Of a DNA stretch of 64,000 nucleotides, positions 35,140-43,997 are shown one piece after another (position 1 is the stretch's first letter; every line of letters starts with the position of its first letter). Both the position numbers and the translations under genes were made by a program. The notes under the pieces were generated by a model. That model was not told where the DNA came from, did not search any database, and worked only from the letters and a program-made list of their open reading frames with translations. Location of the stretch: IMG/VR virus record IMGVR_UViG_3300032322_001765, positions 156,868 to 220,867 of that record. One strand, 5' to 3'.

Positions 35140-35166
35140 GTTAACGGTTTTTTATAAGGACACACA

Positions 35167-36573
35167 ATGAAAACATTAGGTAAATTAACTTTGGCTATTT
35201 CTTTAGCCTTCTCAGTTCCAGCATATGCTGATGAATATTTGAGTACATTAAATATTTTGCGAGACAAAGGTATCATTACAAAACAAGAGTATGATACTAA
35301 AGTACGTGATTATGAAGAAAAAGCAGAAAACAAAAAATTTGCAGAGCAACGAATCGACAAAGATGTTAGCGATTCAGTCAAATTTAGACAAGCAAGAGCA
35401 AACGACGGATCAGTTACAGAAAACGGATTTGGACTTAAATCCAAAGATGGAAACACGACTGCCCAATTTACAGGTCGATTACATATGGACTATCGTCAGT
35501 ACGACCCCAATTATGGTACAGGTCAAACCACGGATTCGTATCAGAACCTAGCAGAAGTTCGTCGTGCTAGATTTGGCGTACGTGGTCAATTTCAAAAAGA
35601 TTTCAAGTATCAACTACTTGCAAACTTTGGTAATGACGTAGGTGCTTCTGCTACTTCCAGTACCGCAGATGAGATGTGGGTTAACTATGCAGCCAATCCT
35701 GAAATGCAATTTCAGTTTGGTTTATTCAAAATGCCATTCAGCTTAGAGCAATTAACAAGTTCTAATAATATTGATTTTATGGAGCGTAGTTTAATTGGTA
35801 ACACTGATGGTGAGTTCATTCCTGCAAAAGAAACTGGATTCATGGTTCATGGTATACCTAAACCAGGTCTATTGTATCAAGTAGCATTAAGCCGTGGTCG
35901 TGCAAACAAAGATGCAACTAACGATGGTTTTGACTATATTGGTCGTGTAGTAACAAACGTTGCTGAACTACAAGGTAGCAAAGCATATGTATTACATTTA
36001 GGCGCTGCATACAGTATGGGTGATATCAAAGGTGGTGTTACACCAGCTAGTGGTAGAACAGAGGCTCGCACACAGTCAGCATGGTTTACAGGTCCTGCAT
36101 TATCTGGTACCACGACAAGAACTCGCCAAGGATTAGAAGCAGCATTTGCTTACAATGGTTTAAAGTTACAAGGCGAACAGTTTAATTTCAAGTATGATCC
36201 TACAACAGGTTCCGATCAAGAAATTAAAGGTTACTACGTACAAGCATTGTATAACTTAACAGGCGAAAGTCACAATTATAAAGACGGTATCTTTAACTGG
36301 ATTAAACCAAACAATCCAACAGATAAAGGTGGTCGCGGTGCATGGCAAGTTGGTGTGCGTATGAGTGAGTTTGATGCAAGTGGTATCACTGTTGTAACAG
36401 GCAAATCTAATCGTGCTACTGCCATGACATACGGAATTACTTGGTTTGCAACTGACAATTTACGCTTCATGCTCAACTATGTTGACACAAAGTTTGATTC
36501 GTTAGTAGGAAGTTCAGGTAGCCGTGTAAATGGTGACAGAGCAGTTATGTTTAGAAGCCAATTAAGTTTCTAA
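35167..36573 (+). CDS. Phosphate-selective porin, OprO/OprP family
   Basis: Signal peptide; GRLHMD, RRARFGVRG, GLFKMPFSLEQLTSS...FMERS, RYSE-like RMSEFD, C-terminal F. Confidence 0.85.
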   Translation: MKTLGKLTLAISLAFSVPAYADEYLSTLNILRDKGIITKQEYDTKVRDYEEKAENKKFAEQRIDKDVSDSVKFRQARANDGSVTENGFGLKSKDGNTTAQFTGRLHMDYRQYDPNYGTGQTTDSYQNLAEVRRARFGVRGQFQKDFKYQLLANFGNDVGASATSSTADEMWVNYAANPEMQFQFGLFKMPFSLEQLTSSNNIDFMERSLIGNTDGEFIPAKETGFMVHGIPKPGLLYQVALSRGRANKDATNDGFDYIGRVVTNVAELQGSKAYVLHLGAAYSMGDIKGGVTPASGRTEARTQSAWFTGPALSGTTTRTRQGLEAAFAYNGLKLQGEQFNFKYDPTTGSDQEIKGYYVQALYNLTGESHNYKDGIFNWIKPNNPTDKGGRGAWQVGVRMSEFDASGITVVTGKSNRATAMTYGITWFATDNLRFMLNYVDTKFDSLVGSSGSRVNGDRAVMFRSQLSF

Positions 36574-36591
36574 AATTATTTACTGTAAAAC

Positions 36592-36618
36592 AAAAAAGGC
36601 ATTTATATGCCTTTTTTT
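36592..36618 (+). terminator. Intrinsic terminator
   Basis: AAAAAAGGCAT-TTAT-ATGCCTTTTTTT. Confidence 0.85.
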
Positions 36619-36624
36619 GTGGCT

Positions 36625-36642
36625 TTGTAATCGTCTTGTAAC
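36625..36642 (+). promoter_or_regulatory. Second Pho box
   Basis: TTGTAAT-CGTC-TTGTAAC; same 11-nt distance to TAAATA as the pstS box. Confidence 0.6.
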
Positions 36643-36664
36643 ATAAGATATTCTAAATAGTTTT

Positions 36665-37474
36665 ATGAAATCACAATATCGCTCAATTTTTATATCAGAT
36701 ATACATTTAGGTACTAAAGATTGTAAGGCGGAGGCGCTAAACAATTTTTTAAAAAATAATACCTGTGAAATGTTGTATTTGGTTGGCGATATTATTGATG
36801 CATGGAAAATAAAACAAAATAAATGGCGTTGGAAACAAAGTCATACAAATGTTGTACGTAGAATATTAGGTCATGCTAAAAGAAATACTAGAGTAATCTA
36901 CGTGTTAGGAAATCATGATGAGTTTCTAAGACCATTTTTACAATATAATTTAAATTTTGGTATGGTAGAATTACATAACCAAATTGAACATATTGGTGTT
37001 GACGGAAAACATTATCTTGTTGTACATGGGGATTTATTTGATGGTATAACTAGACTTGCACCATGGTTATCTTTTTTAGGAGACAAAGCATATGATTTTA
37101 TCTTATCAGTTAATAGCAAATTTAATTGGTTCTTACATAGAATTGGTTTTGGCTATTTTAGCCTTAGCCGTTTTCTTAAGCACAAAGTAAAAAAAGCAGT
37201 AGATTTTATATTCCAGTTCGAGAAAAACTTAGCAGGTTATTGCAAAAAACGCGGGTTTGATGGTGTGATATGTGGTCACATACATCATGCAGAAATAAAA
37301 GAAATAGACGGTGTTACATACATGAACGATGGTGATTGGGTAGAAAGTTGCACTGCTCTGGTAGAGCATCTAGATGGTAGATGGGAAATTGTAACGTGGG
37401 TGCAGGAGAAAGACGATGTGGTTGATGATATTGATAGCAGTACACATAAGCGATCCAAAGGACATTCCGGGTAA
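36665..37474 (+). CDS. Metallophosphoesterase, PlcP-like phospholipase C (usually annotated UDP-2,3-diacylglucosamine hydrolase)
   Basis: SDIHLGT, LVGDIID, GNHDEFLR, HGDLFD, LGDKAY, SLS..LK.KVKKAV, GVICGHIH, NDGDWVESCTALVE. Confidence 0.75.
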   Translation: MKSQYRSIFISDIHLGTKDCKAEALNNFLKNNTCEMLYLVGDIIDAWKIKQNKWRWKQSHTNVVRRILGHAKRNTRVIYVLGNHDEFLRPFLQYNLNFGMVELHNQIEHIGVDGKHYLVVHGDLFDGITRLAPWLSFLGDKAYDFILSVNSKFNWFLHRIGFGYFSLSRFLKHKVKKAVDFIFQFEKNLAGYCKKRGFDGVICGHIHHAEIKEIDGVTYMNDGDWVESCTALVEHLDGRWEIVTWVQEKDDVVDDIDSSTHKRSKGHSG

Positions 37475-37586
37475 AATAACATTAGAATTTCAAGACGTAA
37501 GTGTGTGCGAACAAACATTAAAATCAATGACTTACTGGTTAAAGTTTGATAATTTCAAAGTAGAAGGAAAATGTATTAAAAAATGA
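37416..37586 (+). CDS. Hypothetical protein (56 aa)
   Basis: AGGAG SD; MWLMILIAVH...GKCIKK; ATGA overlap with next gene. Confidence 0.55.
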   Translation: MWLMILIAVHISDPKDIPGKITLEFQDVSVCEQTLKSMTYWLKFDNFKVEGKCIKK

Positions 37587-38296
37587 TGAGATTAAGTGAT
37601 AAAATTACTATAGTAATTCCTTGTAAAAACGAAGAAAACTACATAATTCATTTATTGACGGCTTTACGGTCTCAAAAATTGGGAGATACTAGAATTATAA
37701 TTGCTGATAGTTCTACAGACAATACAAGAGATATTATTCAAAAAAATAGTGCATTTTTAAATTTAGAAATTATCGACGGTGGTACTGTATCTCAAGCTAG
37801 GAATGCGGGAGCTAAACTTGCAACTACCCCTTATATTTTATTCATTGACGCAGATGTTAGATTCTTTGATGGTTATGTGATTCGTGACGCGGTTGAAGAA
37901 GTTGTGTTTTATGACCTCGACTTAATTGGTGCAAAAGTGTACTGTTATGAAAATGATTGGCGAGCAAATTTAAGCTTTACGATTTTTAATTTTGTAAACG
38001 ACATTTTAAAACATTTTAATCCATTCGCAGTGGGTGCATTTATGTTGACACGTAAAGACAAATTTGAAGAATACGGCGGCTTCAGTGAACGTTACATTAC
38101 GTCAGAAGATTTTTTTCTTTCTAGAAAATATGACCCGAAAAAATTCAAAATTTTAAATCATTATTTTGGACAAGATTCACGTAGATTTAAGAAAATGGGT
38201 TATTTTGGTATGGCGACATATCTACTTAAAAATTTTATAAATCGCAATAATAAAAAATATTGGGATAAATTAGAACACAATAAGTATTGGAGTTAA
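37583..38296 (+). CDS. GT2 glycosyltransferase
   Basis: IVIPCKNE, IADS.STD, ARNAGA, FIDAD, GGF, ED. Confidence 0.9.
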   Translation: MMRLSDKITIVIPCKNEENYIIHLLTALRSQKLGDTRIIIADSSTDNTRDIIQKNSAFLNLEIIDGGTVSQARNAGAKLATTPYILFIDADVRFFDGYVIRDAVEEVVFYDLDLIGAKVYCYENDWRANLSFTIFNFVNDILKHFNPFAVGAFMLTRKDKFEEYGGFSERYITSEDFFLSRKYDPKKFKILNHYFGQDSRRFKKMGYFGMATYLLKNFINRNNKKYWDKLEHNKYWS

Positions 38297-38385
38297 TTTT
38301 AAATCGGATGCAAACATAGAGCATCTCTGGAACTCGTAACCAGATGCCCGGTTGGGCTATTTTTTTGGTAATAAATACATATATT

Positions 38386-39030
38386 ATGCTTCCAGTAATA
38401 GCACTGTTTATCCATCAACCAAAATGTTCAGTACAAAGTGGCAATGGAATAATTAAAGCCCTCAGCCCATACTACCGATTTAAACTTTTTACCAAACATG
38501 AACTTGAGGATGACTTCTTTGACGACGTTGACTTAATCGCTATCCCAGGGGGAATTGGTGAAGATGTTTCATATCACAACTTAATGAAAATCCATGGACA
38601 AAGAATACGAAAATTCATAGCAGGTGGAGGAAAGTACTTAGGTATCTGTATGGGTGGATACTGGGCAGATAAAGATTTTTTTAATATAATTGATGACGTA
38701 AGAGCTGTACAATACATCAGAAGACCAAATACGGATACTCGCAGACCACACGCTAAAAACATTGAAATCAACTGGTTAGGTCAAGATATAAAGATGTATT
38801 TTTACGATGGATGTGCCTTCGTCGGAGATGAAACTAAATTCACTACAATTGCTAGATATAAAAATAATGACCCAATGGCTATTATTAAAGGTAACGTGGG
38901 ATTAATTGGTTGTCACCCAGAAAGTGAACGTCACTGGTATAATGATCATAGTTGGATGCGTAAACACTATCATAACGGGACGCACTATCCTTTATTATTA
39001 GATTTTGTAAATTGTCTGATGAGGAAATAA
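38386..39030 (+). CDS. Class I glutamine-amidotransferase-like (BPL-N-type) protein
   Basis: IPGG, YLGICMGGY, GCHPE triad motifs; start moved to MLPVIALF after TAAATA. Confidence 0.75.
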   Translation: MLPVIALFIHQPKCSVQSGNGIIKALSPYYRFKLFTKHELEDDFFDDVDLIAIPGGIGEDVSYHNLMKIHGQRIRKFIAGGGKYLGICMGGYWADKDFFNIIDDVRAVQYIRRPNTDTRRPHAKNIEINWLGQDIKMYFYDGCAFVGDETKFTTIARYKNNDPMAIIKGNVGLIGCHPESERHWYNDHSWMRKHYHNGTHYPLLLDFVNCLMRK

Positions 39031-39090
39031 ATACTAATGTAGGTTTCCAGAGATGTTTTAAAAATAGTCTTAATATATTATCATACTAAT

Positions 39091-39414
39091 ATGAGCCACG
39101 AACAAGACAAATTTAAGAAAAGCAAGCGTCTACATACAGAAGAAACATCTATTCAAAAACAAGTTCAATTAGCCAAAAATTATGGCTATCATAAATTAAG
39201 TAGTACGATGAACAAATGGCGAAACTTAACACAGCCACATAGAAATCATAAAACACATATTTTTAACTGCGGTGATCCTAAATGTCATATGTGCGGTAAT
39301 CCAAGAAAATTCTTTAATCAGAAAACCATGCAAGAAAAACGTTTTGAACAAGATATGGACAACGCTAGAGATAGACATAGTAATGGTTTACCTCCTAAAG
39401 ATTCAGAAACTTAA
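39091..39414 (+). CDS. Hypothetical protein with Cys cluster
   Basis: CGDPKCHMCGNPRK. Confidence 0.7.
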   Translation: MSHEQDKFKKSKRLHTEETSIQKQVQLAKNYGYHKLSSTMNKWRNLTQPHRNHKTHIFNCGDPKCHMCGNPRKFFNQKTMQEKRFEQDMDNARDRHSNGLPPKDSET

Positions 39415-39509
39415 TTTTCCCAAATAATTCAATAAACGCAATATAGTAGTATATAATGTGTTGTATAGAGCAGTAAATACTATAAAGTGCTTTACAACAT
39501 GGTCTATAA

Positions 39510-39854
39510 ATGAATTCTTGTTTTACATGTCTAAACTGTGGTAGAAACAATCCTGTTAAGGGTCACAGTTTTACTAACAAATACTGTAATAATAAATGTC
39601 AAGCAGAACATCGTAGTCGCCTTCTGATTAAAGAATGGAAAGACCACGAAAAAACTACTGCATGGCGTCAAGTTCCTGATTATGTTAAGAAGTACTTAAT
39701 AGAGAAACGTGGTAAACATTGTGAGATATGTTATAATGATTTACATGCAGGGAAATCAATTCCACTCGTAGTAGACCATAAAGATAATAATACTCACAAT
39801 AACGAAGAGGATAACTTAATTGTTATATGCCCTAATTGTAGGGCGCAAAGATAA
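39510..39854 (+). CDS. HNH endonuclease-like protein with N-terminal Zn finger
   Basis: CLNCG...YCNNKC; CEIC, VDHKD, N, CPNC. Confidence 0.75.
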   Translation: MNSCFTCLNCGRNNPVKGHSFTNKYCNNKCQAEHRSRLLIKEWKDHEKTTAWRQVPDYVKKYLIEKRGKHCEICYNDLHAGKSIPLVVDHKDNNTHNNEEDNLIVICPNCRAQR

Positions 39855-39875
39855 TTTTTTACAAAGGAGACACAC

Positions 39876-40421
39876 ATGAAAACTATCGGAGATAAAGTAG
39901 AAGCATTTGCAGTAACAGGTGTAAAGCCAGGTGCATTGACAGTTGATGGTGCATTTGAAACAATTACAGAAAAAAGTTTTGAAGGTAAGTGGAAAGTAAT
40001 CGTTTACTATCCAAAAGATTTCACATTCGTGTGCCCAACTGAAATCGTAGCATACGACAAATTAAACAGTGACTTTGCAGACCGTGATGCAGTATTGCTT
40101 ATTGGTAGCACAGACAATGAGTTCTGTAAATTAGCATGGCGTAATGCTCATGAAGATTTGAAGAAAACTAATAGCTGGAGTTTTGCTGACGTAGCACGTG
40201 GCGAACTTTCACTAGCAGATCAACTTGGTATTTTCTATGAGCCAGCAGGCGCAGCACTACGTGCAACATTTATTGTTGATCCAGATAATACTATTCAGCA
40301 TGTTACCGTGAACAACCTAGATGTTGGTCGCAACCCAGATGAAACATTACGTATTCTTGACGCACTACAAACAGGTGAACTATGTCCATGTAGTCGTCCA
40401 ATTGGCGGCGAAACACTATAA
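39876..40421 (+). CDS. ahpC: Peroxiredoxin AhpC
   Basis: YYPKDFTFVCPTE, RATFIVDP, GRNPDE. Confidence 0.95.
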   Translation: MKTIGDKVEAFAVTGVKPGALTVDGAFETITEKSFEGKWKVIVYYPKDFTFVCPTEIVAYDKLNSDFADRDAVLLIGSTDNEFCKLAWRNAHEDLKKTNSWSFADVARGELSLADQLGIFYEPAGAALRATFIVDPDNTIQHVTVNNLDVGRNPDETLRILDALQTGELCPCSRPIGGETL

Positions 40422-40431
40422 AAGGAAAATT

Positions 40432-40827
40432 ATGTTAGAGTGCCTTATCTTAGGTGATAGTATAGCAAAAGGTGTTAGTCAAGTTAGACCTGAGTGCGTA
40501 GCTTATGTACAGAGCGGTATCAACAGTTCAGACTATAATAACATTTATAGAAAGAATATAAAATCAGCTAAAACTACAATTATTAGTTTAGGAAGTAATG
40601 ATTTCGATAAACTAAACACTGAAGTAGAATTAATTGCACTACGTTCAAGTGTACGTGAAGGTCGTGTATTTTGGATATTACCTGCTATTAAGCCAGCTAA
40701 ACAAAAAATAGTAACTAGTGTTGCTAGAAGTTACGGAGATACGGTTATTATTATTCCTGAACTATCCAAAGATAAGGTACATCCTACATATCGTGGTTAT
40801 AGACAATTAGGAGAATTGACTAAATGA
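40432..40827 (+). CDS. SGNH/GDSL-like hydrolase
   Basis: LILGDSIA, SLGSND, DKVHP; start at MLECL after AAGGA. Confidence 0.75.
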   Translation: MLECLILGDSIAKGVSQVRPECVAYVQSGINSSDYNNIYRKNIKSAKTTIISLGSNDFDKLNTEVELIALRSSVREGRVFWILPAIKPAKQKIVTSVARSYGDTVIIIPELSKDKVHPTYRGYRQLGELTK

Positions 40828-40895
40828 GTTACAAAGAGTTATTTGACTACTTAAAAAATTATCATTGTCCTAAATGTAAAGGTGAGTCTAAATGA
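40824..40895 (+). CDS. Micro-ORF with CxxC (23 aa)
   Basis: MSYKELFDYLKNYHCPKCKGESK; ATGA overlaps at both ends. Confidence 0.45.
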   Translation: MSYKELFDYLKNYHCPKCKGESK

Positions 40896-41155
40896 GCAAG
40901 GGATCAACTCCTCGACCATATAGTATAAATCAAAATCAATTCGCAGAAAATTGGGACAAAATTTTTAAAAAGGACAAAGATATGCAAGTTCGTGTTAACG
41001 AAGAAATAGGTAGATGTGGATGTGGTCGTAGCCCTACAGGAAGATGTATTGGTTGGCATGGACTAACAGAAGATGAATATCGAATCAAACTAAAAGAATA
41101 TCATGAGTTTGATAAGAAAGTTATTATGAAAAACGAATTTTATGGAGATAATTAA
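40892..41155 (+). CDS. Small protein with CDGSH-like Fe-S/Zn finger
   Basis: CGCGRSPTGRCIGWH. Confidence 0.6.
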   Translation: MSKGSTPRPYSINQNQFAENWDKIFKKDKDMQVRVNEEIGRCGCGRSPTGRCIGWHGLTEDEYRIKLKEYHEFDKKVIMKNEFYGDN

Positions 41156-41157
41156 TA

Positions 41158-41670
41158 ATGAGTTGGATTGAACAAATAAAAGAAGGTCTACCAGAATATG
41201 CTAAAGACACGAAACTTAATCTTGATAACGTTATCAATAGGTCTACACTTGATATTGTTGAAGCTAATGCTATTGCTCTAGCAGCAGCAATGGCTACTGG
41301 TAATGGTAAATTAGTTACATTCATACAGAGTAACATATTAGATGCTACTGAACGTGATGCTGCATTAGCAGCAGGTGCGGTTATGGCACAAAATAATGTT
41401 TGGTATCCATACATTGAAATGGCTGACGATGACAATTTAAAAGGTCTGCCAGCACAATTACGTATGAATACTATTGCAAGCCATGGTGGCACAACTAAAG
41501 CAAGATTTGAAGCATATAGTCTTGCTGCTAGTATAGTTGGTAAATGTCATTTCTGTGTTAAGGCACATTACGAAACTCTTAAAAAAGAGGGCTATACAAT
41601 TGAACAATTGCGTGATATTGGTCGTATTGCAGCAGTAATTAATTCAGTAGCAAAAGTACTAAACAGCTAA
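41158..41670 (+). CDS. ahpD: Alkylhydroperoxidase AhpD
   Basis: MAQNNVWY, YSLAASIVGKCHFCVKAH. Confidence 0.85.
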   Translation: MSWIEQIKEGLPEYAKDTKLNLDNVINRSTLDIVEANAIALAAAMATGNGKLVTFIQSNILDATERDAALAAGAVMAQNNVWYPYIEMADDDNLKGLPAQLRMNTIASHGGTTKARFEAYSLAASIVGKCHFCVKAHYETLKKEGYTIEQLRDIGRIAAVINSVAKVLNS

Positions 41671-41712
41671 ATACAATGGGACATTGTTCCCATTGTAATT
41701 TAGGAGAATATA

Positions 41713-41889
41713 ATGAAATATTTTATTTTATTATCAATTTTTTTAGTCGCATGTTCTAATCAATATGATCAATGTATTGAAACTGAAAAAGTCAACTACA
41801 GAAAGCGCAACCCAAATGCAAGTTATGGTCAATTGATGAGCAAACAAAGTGAATTTGAAATGATGTGTTCATCATATAAAGGCAAATAA
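41713..41889 (+). CDS. Putative lipoprotein (58 aa)
   Basis: AGGAG SD; MKYFILLSIFLVAC lipobox. Confidence 0.65.
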   Translation: MKYFILLSIFLVACSNQYDQCIETEKVNYRKRNPNASYGQLMSKQSEFEMMCSSYKGK

Positions 41890-42119
41890 TGAAGAAACCT
41901 ATTAAAATAGATATGTCTGCTACTGTTTCATTAGAACAAGCAACAGACATTCTATCAGACGCAATTGAAGAAATTTCAGGTAAAGCTGTAAAAGAAATAG
42001 TTTTTAAATATGCAGAAGATGGAAAATTTGATGGTTTTCACGTTATCTTTGATGATAGTAATTCTATTAATATAGAGCATAATGTAGATAACGTTTTTAG
42101 ACCTATGACATTTTGTTAA
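41889..42119 (+). CDS. Hypothetical protein
   Basis: 76-aa ORF, TAATG coupling. Confidence 0.6.
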   Translation: MKKPIKIDMSATVSLEQATDILSDAIEEISGKAVKEIVFKYAEDGKFDGFHVIFDDSNSINIEHNVDNVFRPMTFC

Positions 42120-42131
42120 ACTACCTAAAAA

Positions 42132-42443
42132 TTATTCTATAAGTTTACTAATTGGATTTATTTTATCGGTATTCATACCGAGCATATTTGTAAATATTTG
42201 TTGAGTTGCCTCATTTGATTTAACCATCTCATTCCTAAAACTTTCAACTGCTGCTCCGGTTTGTCTAGACATTCCGGAATTTTCAATTAATAACATTGGT
42301 ATAAAGGTCATAGCACAATTCCATTCTTCTATTTGTTTACCTGTGTTAATATTGTAACCTTCTACTTTGGTGAACCATGCACATTTTAATTGAATGCATT
42401 CTTCTTTCATAATGGGGCAAAAAGTACCCGGTTTTAATTGCAT
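42132..42443 (-). CDS. Hypothetical protein (fibre-gene neighbourhood)
   Basis: FCPIMKEECIQLKCAW; GGAGA SD. Confidence 0.7.
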   Translation of the reverse strand: MQLKPGTFCPIMKEECIQLKCAWFTKVEGYNINTGKQIEEWNCAMTFIPMLLIENSGMSRQTGAAVESFRNEMVKSNEATQQIFTNMLGMNTDKINPISKLIE

Positions 42444-42462
42444 TTTTTCTCCTTAAATTTAT

Positions 42463-43665
42463 TTAAATAAACCATGTAACTATAGAATATCTAGTTCCCT
42501 TAGTTACAGTTAACACCTCATGAGGATACATATAAGTTGATGGGAACATTAAAACTGATCCTTTTTTAAGTTTATACGTTAGTTCTTTACCAAAAAAAGA
42601 AAAATCGCCTCCCTCATAATCATCATTTAAAGCTATCGAACAAGAAACGGATCTTGGTTGTTCTGTAAAACTATCACAATGAATGCTGTAAAAATTTCCT
42701 TCACTGTATTTTAAAAAGTTGTAACCTGTATCACTGTTAATGTGAACTGTGGGATGTTTTTTCCTATATTTTTGCATTGCATTTATCATACATTCATGTA
42801 GTTGCGTATCTAGACTTTGTGCATTTTTGTTCAGTTCAAAAACTACCGGATCACTAATTAATAGAGTAAAAACATTTCGTACTTCAGGATTTTGTATTGC
42901 GGCAGCACCAACTGCTGCCAATTGTAATTTTTCGTCATTTCCAAATTCTTTAATAATTCTATCACATAATGAATGTGGGATAATGTTTTCATATACTTCA
43001 ATAAAATCTGTTATTTTACTTTGAGAAGTTATGACATAGGAACTTTCTTCTTGAACGGAATTTTCTTCTTGATTAGAAATTTGATTCGTTATATTATAAG
43101 TTGTTATTGATTCTTGTTTTTTTGATTTATCACTACTTTTATCAAAATATGCGTAAGCTCTTTCGCCTCTACTTCTTACATAATGTAAAAAAACTTGTAC
43201 ATATCTTTCACCGTCATACATTTCTCTCCAATGTTCAGCTTCGCATCCAAGGTAAATCATAGCGTCACCTGATTTTAAGTTGAGTTTAATGGTCTCACCT
43301 TTTGGATTTTTAATAAAAATGGGCCATTCTTTATCACCATCTAAGTGAACTGTTAAACTTATTTCACATGCATCTCTATCTTTGTGTATATGAAGTTCTG
43401 CTCCTTTTTTGTAAACTCTAGAATATGTGTATGTTGGCAAAACGTTTTCACCAATAAATTCACCTACTTCTGGTGTAGAATTACATAATAATTCTAAAAA
43501 ATCTATGTAATTATAAGAGGAACTGGAAGAAGGTATTTGAGGATCGCCTCCTATATTATTTTCTTCACAAAAATGTTCAAAATTATTTGCTAGTATTTTA
43601 GCCCTTTCTTTAGAAATAAAATTAGGTATATACACATAATTATTTTCAGTTAATAATGGGTTCAT
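42463..43665 (-). CDS. Protein with two Fe(II)/2OG oxygenase domains
   Basis: N: LHIHKDRDACEIS...EHWR; C: IHCD...YEGGD...PHEV...GTRYS. Confidence 0.85.
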   Translation of the reverse strand: MNPLLTENNYVYIPNFISKERAKILANNFEHFCEENNIGGDPQIPSSSSSYNYIDFLELLCNSTPEVGEFIGENVLPTYTYSRVYKKGAELHIHKDRDACEISLTVHLDGDKEWPIFIKNPKGETIKLNLKSGDAMIYLGCEAEHWREMYDGERYVQVFLHYVRSRGERAYAYFDKSSDKSKKQESITTYNITNQISNQEENSVQEESSYVITSQSKITDFIEVYENIIPHSLCDRIIKEFGNDEKLQLAAVGAAAIQNPEVRNVFTLLISDPVVFELNKNAQSLDTQLHECMINAMQKYRKKHPTVHINSDTGYNFLKYSEGNFYSIHCDSFTEQPRSVSCSIALNDDYEGGDFSFFGKELTYKLKKGSVLMFPSTYMYPHEVLTVTKGTRYSIVTWFI

Positions 43666-43679
43666 AAAAATCCTATAAT

Positions 43680-43997
43680 TTAAACTTCACCATTTAATAT
43701 TTTATTCTCATGTACTTGTTTAGCTAATTCGTAAACATTAATAGCCCATTGGGGTAATTCTGTTATATCAATGTTAGGGTCAGTTGATCTAATTTCTATC
43801 CAACCTTGTCCCTGACCATATGATAATCCGTTTAAATGACTATTATTTTTATCAGGCCACAATGGATTATTCCATTGCAATGCATGTACGTTATTTGGTA
43901 TATTACAAGAAGATAGATCAAGTCCTGTTTCATTCCAATTATCGGTATTTACTGTTCCGTCGACGGGAATAATTGTAAGTTTATGTGTGTCAAACAT
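43680..43997 (-). CDS. Hypothetical protein, possibly tail-fibre assembly
   Basis: VHALQW...GWIE; adjacent to fibre genes. Confidence 0.55.
   Translation of the reverse strand: MFDTHKLTIIPVDGTVNTDNWNETGLDLSSCNIPNNVHALQWNNPLWPDKNNSHLNGLSYGQGQGWIEIRSTDPNIDITELPQWAINVYELAKQVHENKILNGEV

Noticed and set aside
36665-37474. Plain LpxH (lipid A biosynthesis) call
   Set aside because: The likely default annotation, but the Pho box, the pstS/porin context and the C-terminal blocks fit PlcP better. Downgraded rather than excluded.
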